Assembly (NCBI RefSeq): GCF_006345805.1
Contig: NC_043000.1
Coordinates: 18,290,001-18,354,000, forward strand
DNA: 64,000 bases
DNA from: Octopus sinensis
Taxonomy: Eukaryota
Direction: 5' to 3'
Position 1 is the stretch's first letter; every line of letters starts with the position of its first letter. Positions 52,660 through 63,869 of this stretch are shown piece after piece. The notes under the pieces are model-generated. The model saw only the letters and a list, made by a program, of their open reading frames with translations. It had not been told where the DNA came from and searched no databases. The translations under genes were made by a program, and so were the position numbers.

Positions 52660-53768
52660 GTGTGTGTGTGTGCTTTTTGTGTGTGTGTACAGTGATGGAT
52701 TCAAGGGTTTCATTTATTTATAAGTAGATTTCTTAATTTCACCAGAGTATAATTTCACCTATAGTAGTGATACTGTAAAAAAAAAAAAAAAAATCAAACT
52801 TACAAATTTCCCAGTAAGCAAGTTGTCATATTATTTATATTCTACAATGAACTACAGTATGTTTGATTCACCTGCCATCATTGAAAGACGTTGAAAACAC
52901 TTCTCAAATTCTATGCAATATTTTCTATAAGTATTTCATTGCATTCACTTACTTTTTCATATGAATCGACCTTCGTCTGCATGTGTATAGATCATGATTT
53001 ATCTATGTGCGTAGACACATGTGGGTACATACATACATACATACATACATAAATACTAAACCTGGGCACCCAACTATTAATCGTTAATTAACAAAGTTAA
53101 CATTTTTATTAACGATTTAACTTTTAAGTTAACTTCGGAAATCCTTATCAAACTAATTAACTTCTGTTTCATTTAACTTCCGTTAACTTAAGTCAACTTG
53201 AGCTAACTTCCATTACCTTTAATTCAATTGAAGTTAACAGATTTTGTAGTTTTCGTACATTTTAAAGGTGTTTGTAGGTGGCTTTAGAGCAAAAACTGGG
53301 TTTTTTTTTTTTCTGTAATAAAAATTAACATTAACAGTTTATTGATAACTTCTGTTACACTAGGAAATAATTAACTGATTAATGGTTATCGAAGTTAACT
53401 TTTTGGTTAACGGATTAACAGTTAACAGAGTTGAATTTTCGATTAAAGGTGCCCACCTTTGATAAATACATAGATATACGACTGTGTGTGTGTATGTGAA
53501 TGCATGTGTGTGTGTATGTATGTGTGTGCATGTGTATGTGTGTGTGTCTGTGTGTGTGTACAGTGATGGATTCAAGGGTTTCATTTATTTATGAGTTGAT
53601 TTCTTAATTTCACCAGAGTATAAATACCTATAATGGTGATACTTAAAAAACAAAAAGTTGAGTTCAATTAGAAAGCATGGGTAAGCAATGCATTGTAAGC
53701 CACACTATAACTTGTGAAAAAAATTTATCTGTGTGCAGGGTATGCATCGCCTCTCCGATGTCTTTATT
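52395..53768 (+). mobile_element. Putative Helentron-associated non-autonomous element (DINE-1/HINE-like)
   Basis: 5' taccctac with a nearby inverted gcagggta; then gtctgtttgtctgtg..aaacggctaaatggattttcaccaaatttgg; internal ~200-bp direct duplication; 3' gcagggta plus hairpin catcg-cctctc-cgatg and tttattt. Confidence 0.5.
53057..53461. mobile_element. hAT-type MITE with 8-bp TSD
   Basis: TSD ataaatac at 53049-53056 and 53462-53469; imperfect TIR (taaacctgggcacc / ggtgcccacctttg); many subterminal gttaac motifs. Confidence 0.8.
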
Positions 53769-55256
53769 TTCATTTCCTTATTGCTCTGCTTTCAATTATT
53801 CATGCTTGTATCAATGGATAAGTTTAAATCGGAAATTATATGTGATTGGAACAATTTCCCACTCAGTCATAGAGCCATGCAGAGGGAGGAGCACAACGTT
53901 TATCAATGAGAAATGGTAGGCTGGTTATGGTTCACAATCTGGAAATTAAAACAAAAGAGTTGTATGTTGGTGCACTGTGAGATGAAGTACATATTGAACC
54001 GAATGTTTTAGGTTGGGTTTTTTTCTTGAAGAAGTAATGATGAGAAAGGGTCAAACATTTAGTATTTAAACCAATCATAACCTGCCCCAAAAATTCTTCC
54101 TGTTTTATGTTCAGACAGGTCAGATCTGGTTTCTTGTACCTACTCTACAATGTCATTTTGAAAATAAAGTCATATCATTGAAATCTCAGTGCTACAAGAT
54201 AATGCATGATTAATTCAAAACAATGTGAATAAATAAGCATTACATTTGGACAGAGTAGTCTAAACAAGACAAATTTCTTGTGCCTTGTTCAGTGGGAAAT
54301 ACACTTCTCACATTTTTATCAGTCATTTTCTGCTGGAAACACCAAGAACTTGAGATCTAACCTTACTGCCTTACATATTTTATTCCACCATTCCCTACTA
54401 CAAACACCAGTGTCCTGAGATCTAGTCTCACCACCTCTCTTCTTTTACTCTGTCATTCTCTACCAGAAGCACCAACGTCCTGAGATCTAACATCACCATC
54501 TCCCATATTTTTTTTTTATTCTACCAGTCTCTACTGCATGCATCAACATCTTGAGAGCTAACCACACCACTTCCACCTATGCCCTGCTCTCTCATTCTCA
54601 ATCAGAAACACTTACAATCAAACATCTGACTACAGAACTTCTTCTCACATCTTTCTTTGTCATCTTCTGCTGTGAACTTTTCCCAGTCAGTGCATGATGT
54701 CTATCCATCCAGCATTCATCATCTATTCAAATCACATGTCTATATTATTAGTCATCTCTCCTACCTATATCAGCTGATGTATTTAATAACCAATCTTTTC
54801 CTCATCTCAGTTGTCATCCAACTTCTCATTTGCTTTGTCTTTACTATTTTTATTTTTTTCAAAAAGCCTTTGTGTTGCCTTCTTTTTTCTTTTCTTTTCT
54901 TTTTTTTTTTTATCTCTGACCTGATGTCAAATGCAGAAAACATTGTTATTAACCAAATTAGACATTATAAACAGATATTTGAGAAAGCAAAGAGCAACAG
55001 AGCAACAGAGTTACTGAAGGAATTTAAACCACATAGCTATAGCTTCTTAAGTAGTTATTATAAATGCTTTTTTCCTACTATTCTAACTGAATTATTACCC
55101 ACAGGATAATTTGTCAGCCGCATAGCACAAGCAATACAGACTATTCAACCAATGTTCTATGTAATGAGGTATCTCAACTTGGTTCATTGTTTACAAAGAG
55201 TAAAACATAATCCATGTATCAAATTATGAATTAGCTGCTAATACTTTTATTATAAA

Positions 55257-55654
55257 CTAGCAGTATCGCTCGGCGTTGCTCGGGTTTGTGAGGGAAATAA
55301 CTATATAAGCATTTTTAGAGAGTTATAGCCAAAAAATAGCAAAAAAATGCATTAAAAATGGAAAAAAAATTATGGTAAATTTTTTTTTAAACCGTTGATT
55401 CATCGTAGACATTTTTAGAGAGTTACTTCCCTTATATAATAGCGAAAAAATGCATTAAAATGGAAAAAAATGATGGTAAATTATTTTTAAAATCATAGAC
55501 TCATCGTAGACACGCGCTAATACCCAGAAGGGCTTGATATGAATCACGACTATAAGATACCCGGTTTTAGTTAAACTGCACCACAAAATGTGGGAGTAGT
55601 TAGGAATCTAAATCGTAGGAGACAGACACACAACTTCACTTTTATATATAAAGA
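55257..55654 (-). mobile_element. Non-autonomous Helitron, same family as 26041-26434
   Basis: Reverse complement: A|TCTTTATATATAAAAG ... cccgagcaacgccgagc..CTAG|T. Confidence 0.9.
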
Positions 55655-55660
55655 TTTATA

Positions 55661-56090
55661 GTGAGATACAAATTAGATGAAAATCTATTTTCAAATGCAT
55701 AAACGCTGACAGAACAGCAGAGACTGGATAAGATAACCATACAAAGCGGAAAAAATTGTCAACAACTAGCCATGGTTATCCTATCTCTACTGTTCTTATT
55801 TTTTTATTGCCCGCAAGGGGCTAAACACAGAGGGGACAAACAAGGACAGACAAAGGGATTAAGTCGATTACATCAACCCCAGTGGTACTTAATTTATCGA
55901 CTCCGAAAGGATGAAAGACAATGTTGACCTTGGCGGAATTTGAACTCAGAACGTAACGGCAGACGAAATACCGCTATGTATTTCGCCTGGCGTGCTCACG
56001 ATTCTGCCAGCTTGCCGCCTTATCCAATCTCTACTGTTCTATCAGCATTTATGCATTTGAAAATAAATTATCATCTTATTTGTATCTCAC
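55661..56090. mobile_element. Old foldback or MITE (~75-bp arms) containing a SINE B at about 55797-56020 with a ~20-bp TSD
   Basis: gtgagatacaaattagatg..gacagaacag versus ctgttctatcagc..tttgtatctcac; TSD ttatcc(t/a)atctctactgttct. Confidence 0.7.
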
Positions 56091-56296
56091 AATACACATT
56101 TCAATACTTCTAAAACAAACATTTGTTTGTTTACATTAGTCGTGATAAACTTATAGATTTTTAAAATATTTTGTTATCTTAAATGTTTCCATTATGCTTT
56201 TTGATTTTGTTTTATTGTTAACTGCTTGAGGCCTGAACTCTGTCAGGTGTGCATTCCCAAACCTTGGGCATCTGCATGAAAATCATTGAGAAAATT

Positions 56297-56690
56297 GTGG
56301 CTGTGTGGTAAGTAGCTTGCTAACCAACCACATGGTTCCGGGTTCAGTCCCACTGCGTGGCATCTTGGGCAAGTGTCTTCTGCTATAGCCCCGGGCTGAC
56401 CGATGCCTTGTGAGTGGATTTGGTAGACGGAAACTGAATGAAGCCCGTCGTATATATGTATATATATATATGCGTGTGTGTGTTTGTGTGTCTGTGTTTG
56501 TCCCCCTAGCATTGCTTGACAACCGATGCTGGTGTGTTTTGCATCCCCGTTACTTAGCGGTTCGGCAAAAGAGACTGATAGAATAAGTACTGGGCTTACA
56601 AAAAAGAATAAGTCCCGGGGTCGATTTGCTCGACTAAAGGCGGTGCTCCAGCATGGCCGCAGTCAAAATGACTGAATCAAGTAAAAGAGA
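56297..56690 (+). mobile_element. SINE family A
   Basis: Near full-length copy. Confidence 0.88.
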
Positions 56691-56884
56691 GAGTTACCAA
56701 TTAAATATGTGGAAAAGGTAATAAATGTTACAAACTAATTTCAAGTTAGACGTCACTGACCTTATTCCCTTTGTTTTCTCTCTTCATTTACCTTCAGTAT
56801 TTCTATTTTGTATTTTCTTTTTTTTCCTTTTATTTTATTTTTTTTTTTTATTTGTTTTAGTCTTTTGACTGTGGCTCTCTTTAA

Positions 56885-57290
56885 TCTTTACTCTTTTACT
56901 TGTTTCAGTCATTTCACTGTGGCCATACTGGAGCATTGCCTTTGGTCGAGCAAATCGACCTCAGGAGTTTGTAAGCCTAGTACTTATTCTATCGGTTACT
57001 TTTGCTGAACCACTAAGTTACGGGGATATAAACACACCAGCATCAGTTGTCAAGCGATGTTGGGGGACAAACACAGATACACACACACACACACACATAC
57101 ACATATATATATATACATATATACAATGGGCTTCTTTCAGTTTCCGTCTACCAAATCCACTCACAAGGCTTTGGTCAGCCCGAGGCTATAGTAGAAGACA
57201 CTTACCCAAGGTGCCATGCAGTGGGACTGAACCCAGAACCATGTGGTTCATAAGTAAGCTACTTACCACACAACCACTCCTATGCCTATG
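56885..57290 (-). mobile_element. SINE family A
   Basis: Near full-length, more diverged copy. Confidence 0.85.
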
Positions 57291-57607
57291 CTGGAGCACC
57301 ACCTTTAGCCGAACAAAAGTGTGCATGTGCACACATACACATGCACACACCCACACACACACACAGAGGACAAGCTTCTTTTTCAGTTTCTGTCAACCAA
57401 ATCTGTTCAAAAGGTTTTGGTTAGCTTGAGGCTATAGTAGAAGATACTTGCCCAAGGTGTTACACAGTGGGACTGAACCAAAAGCCAGGTGGCCGGGAAA
57501 TAAACCTCTTAACCACACAAGCATTCAATTTGAAAAATCTTTTGGAAATGACCGAGTGGACCACAGTGAACATCTCAGTGGCTCATCTGTTACCTGTTGC
57601 TGTTATT

Positions 57608-57902
57608 GTGGAGGCACATGGCCTAGTGGTTAGAGCAGCGGACTCACGGTTGAAGGATCGTGGGTTCGAATCTCAGATCGGGCGATGTTTGTGTTTATGA
57701 GCGAAACACCTAAGCTCCACGCGGCTCCGGCAGAAGGTAATGGTGAACTTCTGCTGACTCTTTCGCCACAACTTTCTCTCATTTTTTCCTCCTGCATCTT
57801 GCAGCTCACCTGCGATGGACCGGCATCCCAGCCAGGTGGGGAACCTATACGCCAAGGAAACCGGCCCTTATGAGCCAGGCATGGCTTGAGAAGGAACTAC
57901 GA
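57608..57902 (+). mobile_element. SINE with family C head and a different 3' half; 12-bp TSD
   Basis: TSD gttgctgttatt at 57596-57607 and 57903-57914; shares about 170 bp with family C, then diverges to gcgatggaccggcatccc..gaaaccgg..ggcttgagaaggaac. Confidence 0.85.
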
Positions 57903-58783
57903 GTTGCTGTTATTAGATGGTGCTACATATTATAATTACCAATCAGACAGAAAACGAAAAACACTAGATACAGTGAGCTTATTGCTATTTTGTGTTTAGT
58001 TTTATATAAGACACATTAACATCTTACTTTTATAATTATTTTCTATTATAATTTCTCGATCAATACATTACAAATCAATAGTATTAGATCAATTGTGGTG
58101 AGTAACACACAGCAGAAAGTATGTTGTCTGAGAGCCCAAAATTGACTCACATTTTCATTTCATTCATTAGGTTATAAGTTAACGAGAGTTTGTAAATTGA
58201 TGGGACAGGGGATGTTGTTCTTTGCTCGCTTGTAGTTTTGACTTTTCCCTTGGTCAGTAAAATAAGTAAATAGCACTCATATTTTGGCTTGATTCGTCTG
58301 ACTATACACTATCCCACATATATTTGTACTTACATATAAGAGAACAAAGTGTATGTACGCTGCCTATATATATATATATTATATATATATTATATATAAT
58401 ATATATATATATATATATAATTTATATTATATAGAGGGCATTATTACACATAAATGCCACATGCTAGGAGGTACTTGAAAGTCATTACCTTGATAATTTC
58501 TTGTTAAGATTTCTTATTAAGATTTTATCCTTAATTGTTATATATATATATATATATAATAGAAATATTAAAATAAATAGTCTCTCTAAAAGAGAACAGC
58601 GGCAGCGTTCCCGGAAAATAATAGTTATCGCCATACTAATATGGCATTCTTATAAAAATAAGAAAAAAGCTGTCCCTTATTAGCTCCATGAGGCCATCGC
58701 CTTAAGTTAGCTATTTGATACACAACTGTATCCATATAACCTTCGAACAAGGGAGGTCAGTCGCTCCCACTACTTGACCGGCA

Positions 58784-58825
58784 GCTACAGACGCGTTTCG
58801 GAGTATTGCCCCTTTTCAATGCAGC
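58784..58825 (-). ncRNA. Minimal type I hammerhead ribozyme, U3-A8 core variant
   Basis: GCUGCA UUGAAAA GGGG caaua CUCC GAAA CGCG U C^ UGUAGC. Stem I has 6 bp, stem II 4 bp, stem III is palindromic (ACGCGU), and the cleavage triplet is GUC. Confidence 0.8.
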
Positions 58826-59148
58826 GTAGCCACCAGTAGGTGTCGCTTCCGACAATCTCTGTTCGATGGTTTTATTTACCTAGTTTCGGTGGAATACATC
58901 CACTTGTTTTCAATAATAGAAATATTAAAATAAATAAGTCTCTCTAAAAGAGAACAGCGGCAGCGGCAGCGTTCCGGAAAATAATAGTTATCGCCATACT
59001 AATATGGCATTCTATAAAAATAAGAAAAAAGCTGTCCGCTTATTAGCTCCATGAGGCCATCGCCTTAAGTTAGCTATTTGATACACAAACTGTATCCATA
59101 TAACCTTCGAACAAGGGAGGTCAGTCGCTCCACACTACTTGACCGGCA

Positions 59149-59190
59149 GCTACAGACGCGTTTCGGAGTATTGCCCCTTTTCAATGCAGC
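59149..59190 (-). ncRNA. Minimal type I hammerhead ribozyme, U3-A8 core variant (second copy)
   Basis: Identical 42-nt motif, 365 nt from the first. Confidence 0.8.
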
Positions 59191-59604
59191 GTAGCCAGCC
59201 AGTAGGTGTCGCTTCCGACAATCTCTGTTCGATGGCTTATTTACCTAGTTTCGGTGGAATACATCCACTTGTTTTCAATAATAGAAATATTAAAATAATA
59301 GTCTCTCTAAAGAAGAAACAGCGGCAGCAGCGTTCCCGGAAAATAATAGTATCGCCATACTAATATGGCATTCTTATAAAAATAAGAAAAAAGCTGTCCG
59401 CTTATTAGCTCCATGAGGCCATCGCCTTAAGTTAGCTATTTGATACACAAACTGTATCCATATAACCTTGTTCGAAGGTTATATGGATACAGTTTGTGTA
59501 TCAAATAGCTAACTTAAGGCGATGGCCTCATGGAGCTAATAAGCGGACAGCTTTTTTCTTATTTTTATAAGAATGCCATATTAGTATGGCGATAACTATT
59601 ATAT

Positions 59605-59636
<32 letters not shown>

Positions 59637-59887
59637 AATACGAAATGGGACAAGAACGCAAACATCCAGATAGATGATATAAAAAACACGGACGGGTCAT
59701 TTGAAGCCTTTAATCTTCAGTCAAGAACTGGATCATCCTCGCAATTTCGGCTGATTAATCTTGAGATTGCTCCAATCTGGCCTACCCCAAGGAAAAACTA
59801 AGCTAAGAGCGTTAGATTCCTTGGAAGAAAGCATCGAATATATACGAAAACAAGGATTGAAAAACGGACGATGTTAGCAAAGTTTGA

Positions 59888-60035
59888 AACCACCACCACC
59901 ACCACCACCACAACCACCACAACCACCACCACAACCACCACCACCACCACAACCACCACCGCCGCCGCCGCTGCTACCGCCACCGCCACCACCGCCGCCA
60001 CCACCGCCGCCGCCATCACCACTACATCTACTACT
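59888..60035. repeat. (ACC/ACA)n grading into (GCC)n trinucleotide tract
   Basis: Direct inspection; explains the poly-Thr/Ala/Val ORFs. Confidence 0.9.
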
Positions 60036-60431
60036 GTTGCTGTAAGTTGGTGGTAAAAACTGGAAGAAGGTACTTGCCTTTGGCGTGCAGAGTCATCTAT
60101 AGTTTATGATGGGTTGAGTAACCCCATGCAGTTGACCCCACCCTGCCATTTGTGGGAATTCCTTTCTCTTTTATTCCGTTGTTTATTTATTGTTATCGTT
60201 GATATTTCCCTTTTATGGTTTTCACATTTTCATATTTCATCTTTGTATTCACCTCCAATGTTTTTTGGACCCTTGTGGCCTATAACAGAAATAAGAGAAA
60301 CTAATATCAGAGAAATCATTATTTGGCAGAATCGTTAGAGTGCTGGAGATGAAATGCAGGGTGGCATTTCTTATAACTCATGTTTTGAGTTTAACCCTTG
60401 AGCATTCAGATTTCTCTGTCAAATGCAATAC

Positions 60432-60815
60432 TCTTTTACTTGTTTCAGTCATTTGACTGCGGCCATGCTGGAGCACCGCCTTTAGTCGAGCAAATCGACC
60501 CCGGGACTTATTCTTTGTAAGCCCAGTACTTATTCTATCGGCCTCTTTTGCCGAAGCGCTAAGTGACGGGGACGTAAACACACCAGCATCGGTTGTCAAG
60601 CAATGCTAGGGGGACAAACACAGACACACAAACATATACACACACACTTATATATATATACATATATACAACAGGCTTCTTTCAGTTTCCGTCTATCAAA
60701 TCCACTCACAAGGCATTGGTCGGCCCAGGGCTATAGCAGAAGACACTTGCCCAAGATGCCATGCAGTGGGACTGAACCCGGAACCATGTGGTTGGTTAGC
60801 AAGCTACTTACCACA
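60432..60815 (-). mobile_element. SINE family A, inserted in an older piggyBac-like MITE remnant (ttaaccctt.. at about 60390)
   Basis: Near full-length minus-strand copy. Confidence 0.85.
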
Positions 60816-61079
60816 CATTTATTCACATTGATTTGAATTAGTCATGCATTACCTTGTAGCTTTGAGGTTTCAATGACATGATTGTTTATTTTTAAGGTAA
60901 TATTGTGGACCCTTGGGGGGGGGGGGTCAATCAATAAAATAATGTATCAGTTAAGTCCTTGAATCAATATAATCAATTTTCCCACCTCACCTTGAACTAC
61001 TAATCTTTTGTTTAATTTAGAAACAATCATCATCATCATCATCATCTTCATCATCATCATTATTATTTCTCTTTACAAG

Positions 61080-61240
61080 ATGGCAGAATTGTTAGCACAC
61101 TGGATGAAATGCTTTCCACGTCACTACATTCTGAGTTCAAATTCTGCCGAGGTCGACTTTCATCATTTCGAGGTTGATAAAATAAGTGCCAGTTGAACAC
61201 TAGGTTTGATGTAATTAACTCATCCCCACCTTGTGGCGAA
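61080..61240 (+). mobile_element. SINE family B, diverged
   Basis: tggcagaattgttagc..ctgagttcaaattctgccgaggtcgacttt. Confidence 0.7.
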
Positions 61241-61261
61241 AATTTGAAATAATTATTATTT

Positions 61262-62941
61262 CTTTTTATCACAGGTTTTGTTGTAGCCCCTGAAGTCTTG
61301 TATAGATAGCCGGCTTGCTACCTGCAACCAATGGTATCATGCTATCCATTCTTCACAGTTATCTAATACTTTCTTGATTATTCTGGCTGTGCCAAAGAGG
61401 CATACCTTTTGTAACAGTTCTATTGTGCACTCTATTCCAATTTCTTATATATTCCCCTTGATGTCTTCTGATACTGTCCCCAATGACCCAACAATAATTG
61501 GCACTATCTTCACCTTCTTCATTTTCCATAGCCAGGCTATTTCACACTTTAGAAGGTTGTATTTATCTATCTTTTCACCTTCCTTCTTGACTATTCGAGG
61601 GTCAAAGGGTCATACATAAACTATATAGCATATGCTGTGTGCCTTGTCCACTACCACTAGGTCTGGTCTCTCATGTTCTAGCACCTGATCTGTTTGGATT
61701 GGGAAATCTCAGAGGATTTCGCTAGTCTCTGACTCTGCCACTCTCAGTCTTACTTCTCTCTAGCCCCCACTTTTTGCACAGGTTCCACTGTAGCACGTTC
61801 ACTGCCTGATTGTGAGGCCACAACTTGTAGTGGTTTTGGGCAAGTCTAGGGCATTTGTTCGTGATATGGGCAATGATTTCACCCACTCTATTACAGAATC
61901 GGCACAGCAGAGACACTTGCTCATTCCTATTCAGTTTGTGGCCAAAGCTTGGTCTTATGTTGCCAGTATAGTGCTCTCAGTTTTTTCTTTAAGCATTCCT
62001 TTCATCAGCCAATCCCACCTACTTTTTCCAGCAACTTCTGTTGCAGCTGTATGGAATTGATTGTGTAGAACCTTCTTGTGTAATTCTTCTTCATGTCCTT
62101 TTTGTACTTCTTCCTTTGTATTTTCTTTTTTCTGTGCTTTCAATATTCCTTCATTCCTAATTGTCACTAGCAAGGTTTCCTTACTTTGGGATAGGTATCT
62201 CATTAAGCTCTTGAGTTCGATACACATGCAGTCTTCCACATGTACAAATCCTCTTCCTCCGGCCCTCGTGCCGGTGGCACATAAAAAGCACCATCCGTTC
62301 GTGGCCGTTTGCCAGCTCTGTCTGGCACCAGTGCGGGTGGCACGTAAAAAGCACCCACTACACTCACGGAGTGGTTGGCGTTAGGAAGGGCATCCAGCCG
62401 TAGAAACACTGCCAGATTTGACTGGGCCTGATGAAGCCTTCTGGCTTCACAGACCCCAGTAGAACCGTCCAACCCATGCTAGCATGGAAAACGGACGCTA
62501 AATGATGTATAGGCAATCAGTGTCTGCATGTGGATGATAGACTCCATGCATTATTAGGAACTTGCTTGACTTCCTGTCTATCTCCTTTAGTTCCTTCTCA
62601 GTCCACTTCAGGATTCCAGTGCCATACCGAACTATTGTGACTGCGTGCGAGTTTCTGGCATTCAGCCGCGAAGCCAATATTTTTCTCACTTGCTGCAGAT
62701 ACTCTCTTTTTGTATTTCCTTCATGTTGTTGTTTGATCCCATCTGCCTCAAATATCCCCAGGTACTTAAGGCTTCATTGAAGTTGAATTGTCTTCATCAT
62801 TTCACCACTGGGCAACCATATGCCTTCTGTCCTGACAAGCTTTCCTTGTCTCATCACCATCATAGCACATTTTGAGTGTCCAAACTCCATCTTAATATCA
62901 TTGGAGAAAATCTACACTGGCTGGACTAGGCTGTCCAGTTC
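61262..62941 (-). pseudogene. R4/Dong-type non-LTR retrotransposon (late RT, CCHC finger, restriction-like endonuclease), decayed
   Basis: ELDSLVQ..IFSNDIKMEFGL, YKYLG-like block, GGRG..VEDC, LKEKTESTILA, CRFCNRVGEIIAHITNKC, RPDLVVVDK, VPIIVGSLGTV, LQKVCLFGTARIIKKVL. Confidence 0.85.
62260..62508 (+). mobile_element. SINE-like family D inserted in the R4/Dong-type element
   Basis: gtgccggtggcac..ggcgttaggaagggcatccagccgtagaaac..ggacgctaaatgatg. Confidence 0.85.
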
Positions 62942-63110
62942 TCTCTCTATTTCCAGGTCTTTGTATTTTGAAAGTTTCTCCATTTCTTTTAGAGAAACGT
63001 TGTCATCTGCTGGTATTGATACATCAATTAGAAAGCATATTTTTCTTCATGATCTCCGACAGCTATATCTGGTCTATTGGACTTAATTTCTCTATCTGTC
63101 TGCATGGCAT
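62942..63110 (-). pseudogene. Endonuclease-domain fragment of a second R4/Dong-type element
   Basis: QTDREIKSNRPDIAVGDHEE..FLIDVSIPADDNVSLKEMEKLSKYKDLEIE (PD..D..K motif). Confidence 0.8.
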
Positions 63111-63123
63111 GGCTTCTTTCTCA

Positions 63124-63255
<132 letters not shown>

Positions 63256-63264
63256 TATAAGATG

Positions 63265-63475
63265 GTGAGCTGGCAGAATTGTTAACATGCTGGACGAAAC
63301 GCTTAGCAGTATTTCACCCATTGCTACATTCTGAGTTCAAATTCTGTCAAGGTCAATGTTGCTTTTCATCCTTTTGGGGGTTGATAAATTAAGTACCAGT
63401 GAAATTCTGGTGTTGATTTTATCAACTAGTTTCATCCGTCAGAATTTCAGGCCTTGGGCCTATAGTAGAAAGGAT
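63265..63475 (+). mobile_element. SINE family B, diverged
   Basis: ggtgagctggcagaattgttaac..cttttcatccttttgggggttgataaattaagtacca. Confidence 0.75.
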
Positions 63476-63566
63476 TATTTTCATCATCATCATCATCATC
63501 ATCATCGTCGTTGTTGTTGTTGTTGATGTTTTTGTTGTTAAGTTGGGGAGCTAGTAGAATTGTTAG

Positions 63567-63725
63567 CAGGAGTGGCTGTGTGGTAGGAAGCTTGCTTCCC
63601 AACCACATGGTTCCAGGTTCAGTCCCACTGCATGGCACCTTGGGTAAATGTCTGCTACTATTGCCTCAGGCCAACCAAAGCCTTGTGAGTGGATTTGGAA
63701 GATGGAAACTGAAAGAAGCCCATCA
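63567..63725 (+). mobile_element. SINE family A, head half only
   Basis: caggagtggctgtgtgg..gaaactgaaagaagccc. Confidence 0.8.
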
Positions 63726-63869
63726 AGTATCACTAACATTGTTTAAAATAATGTTAATAATAAAGTGGCTTGCAAGTTTAGACATTTATAGGTCTATCTA
63801 TAAATAAAATACAGAAGGCTATGAACAGAGCTGTTGCTCTATACCACAATTTACTCACTATAAAAATAC

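Larger units (their letters stand above)
58556..59602 (-). mobile_element. Tandem HHR-bearing repeat array (retrozyme-like or PLE terminal-repeat-derived), 2.5 units plus inverted end, within (TA)n
   Basis: Units start at 58556, 58913 and 59278; 59470-59602 is the reverse complement of 59343-59469. Confidence 0.85.

Noticed and set aside
55105-55168. Possible plus-strand 64-nt exon (cacag|GATAAT..ATGAG|gtatct)
   Set aside because: Too short and unsupported; such AG/GT-bounded open frames arise by chance.
59690-59800. Minus-strand gccGAAA and CTGAAGA near each other
   Set aside because: Order and pairing do not give a valid type I, II or III hammerhead.
62425-62460. CTGATGA-agcc-ttct-ggct in family D resembling a hammerhead
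   Set aside because: No GAAA follows, and other copies read ctggtgcagcc, so the box is incidental.
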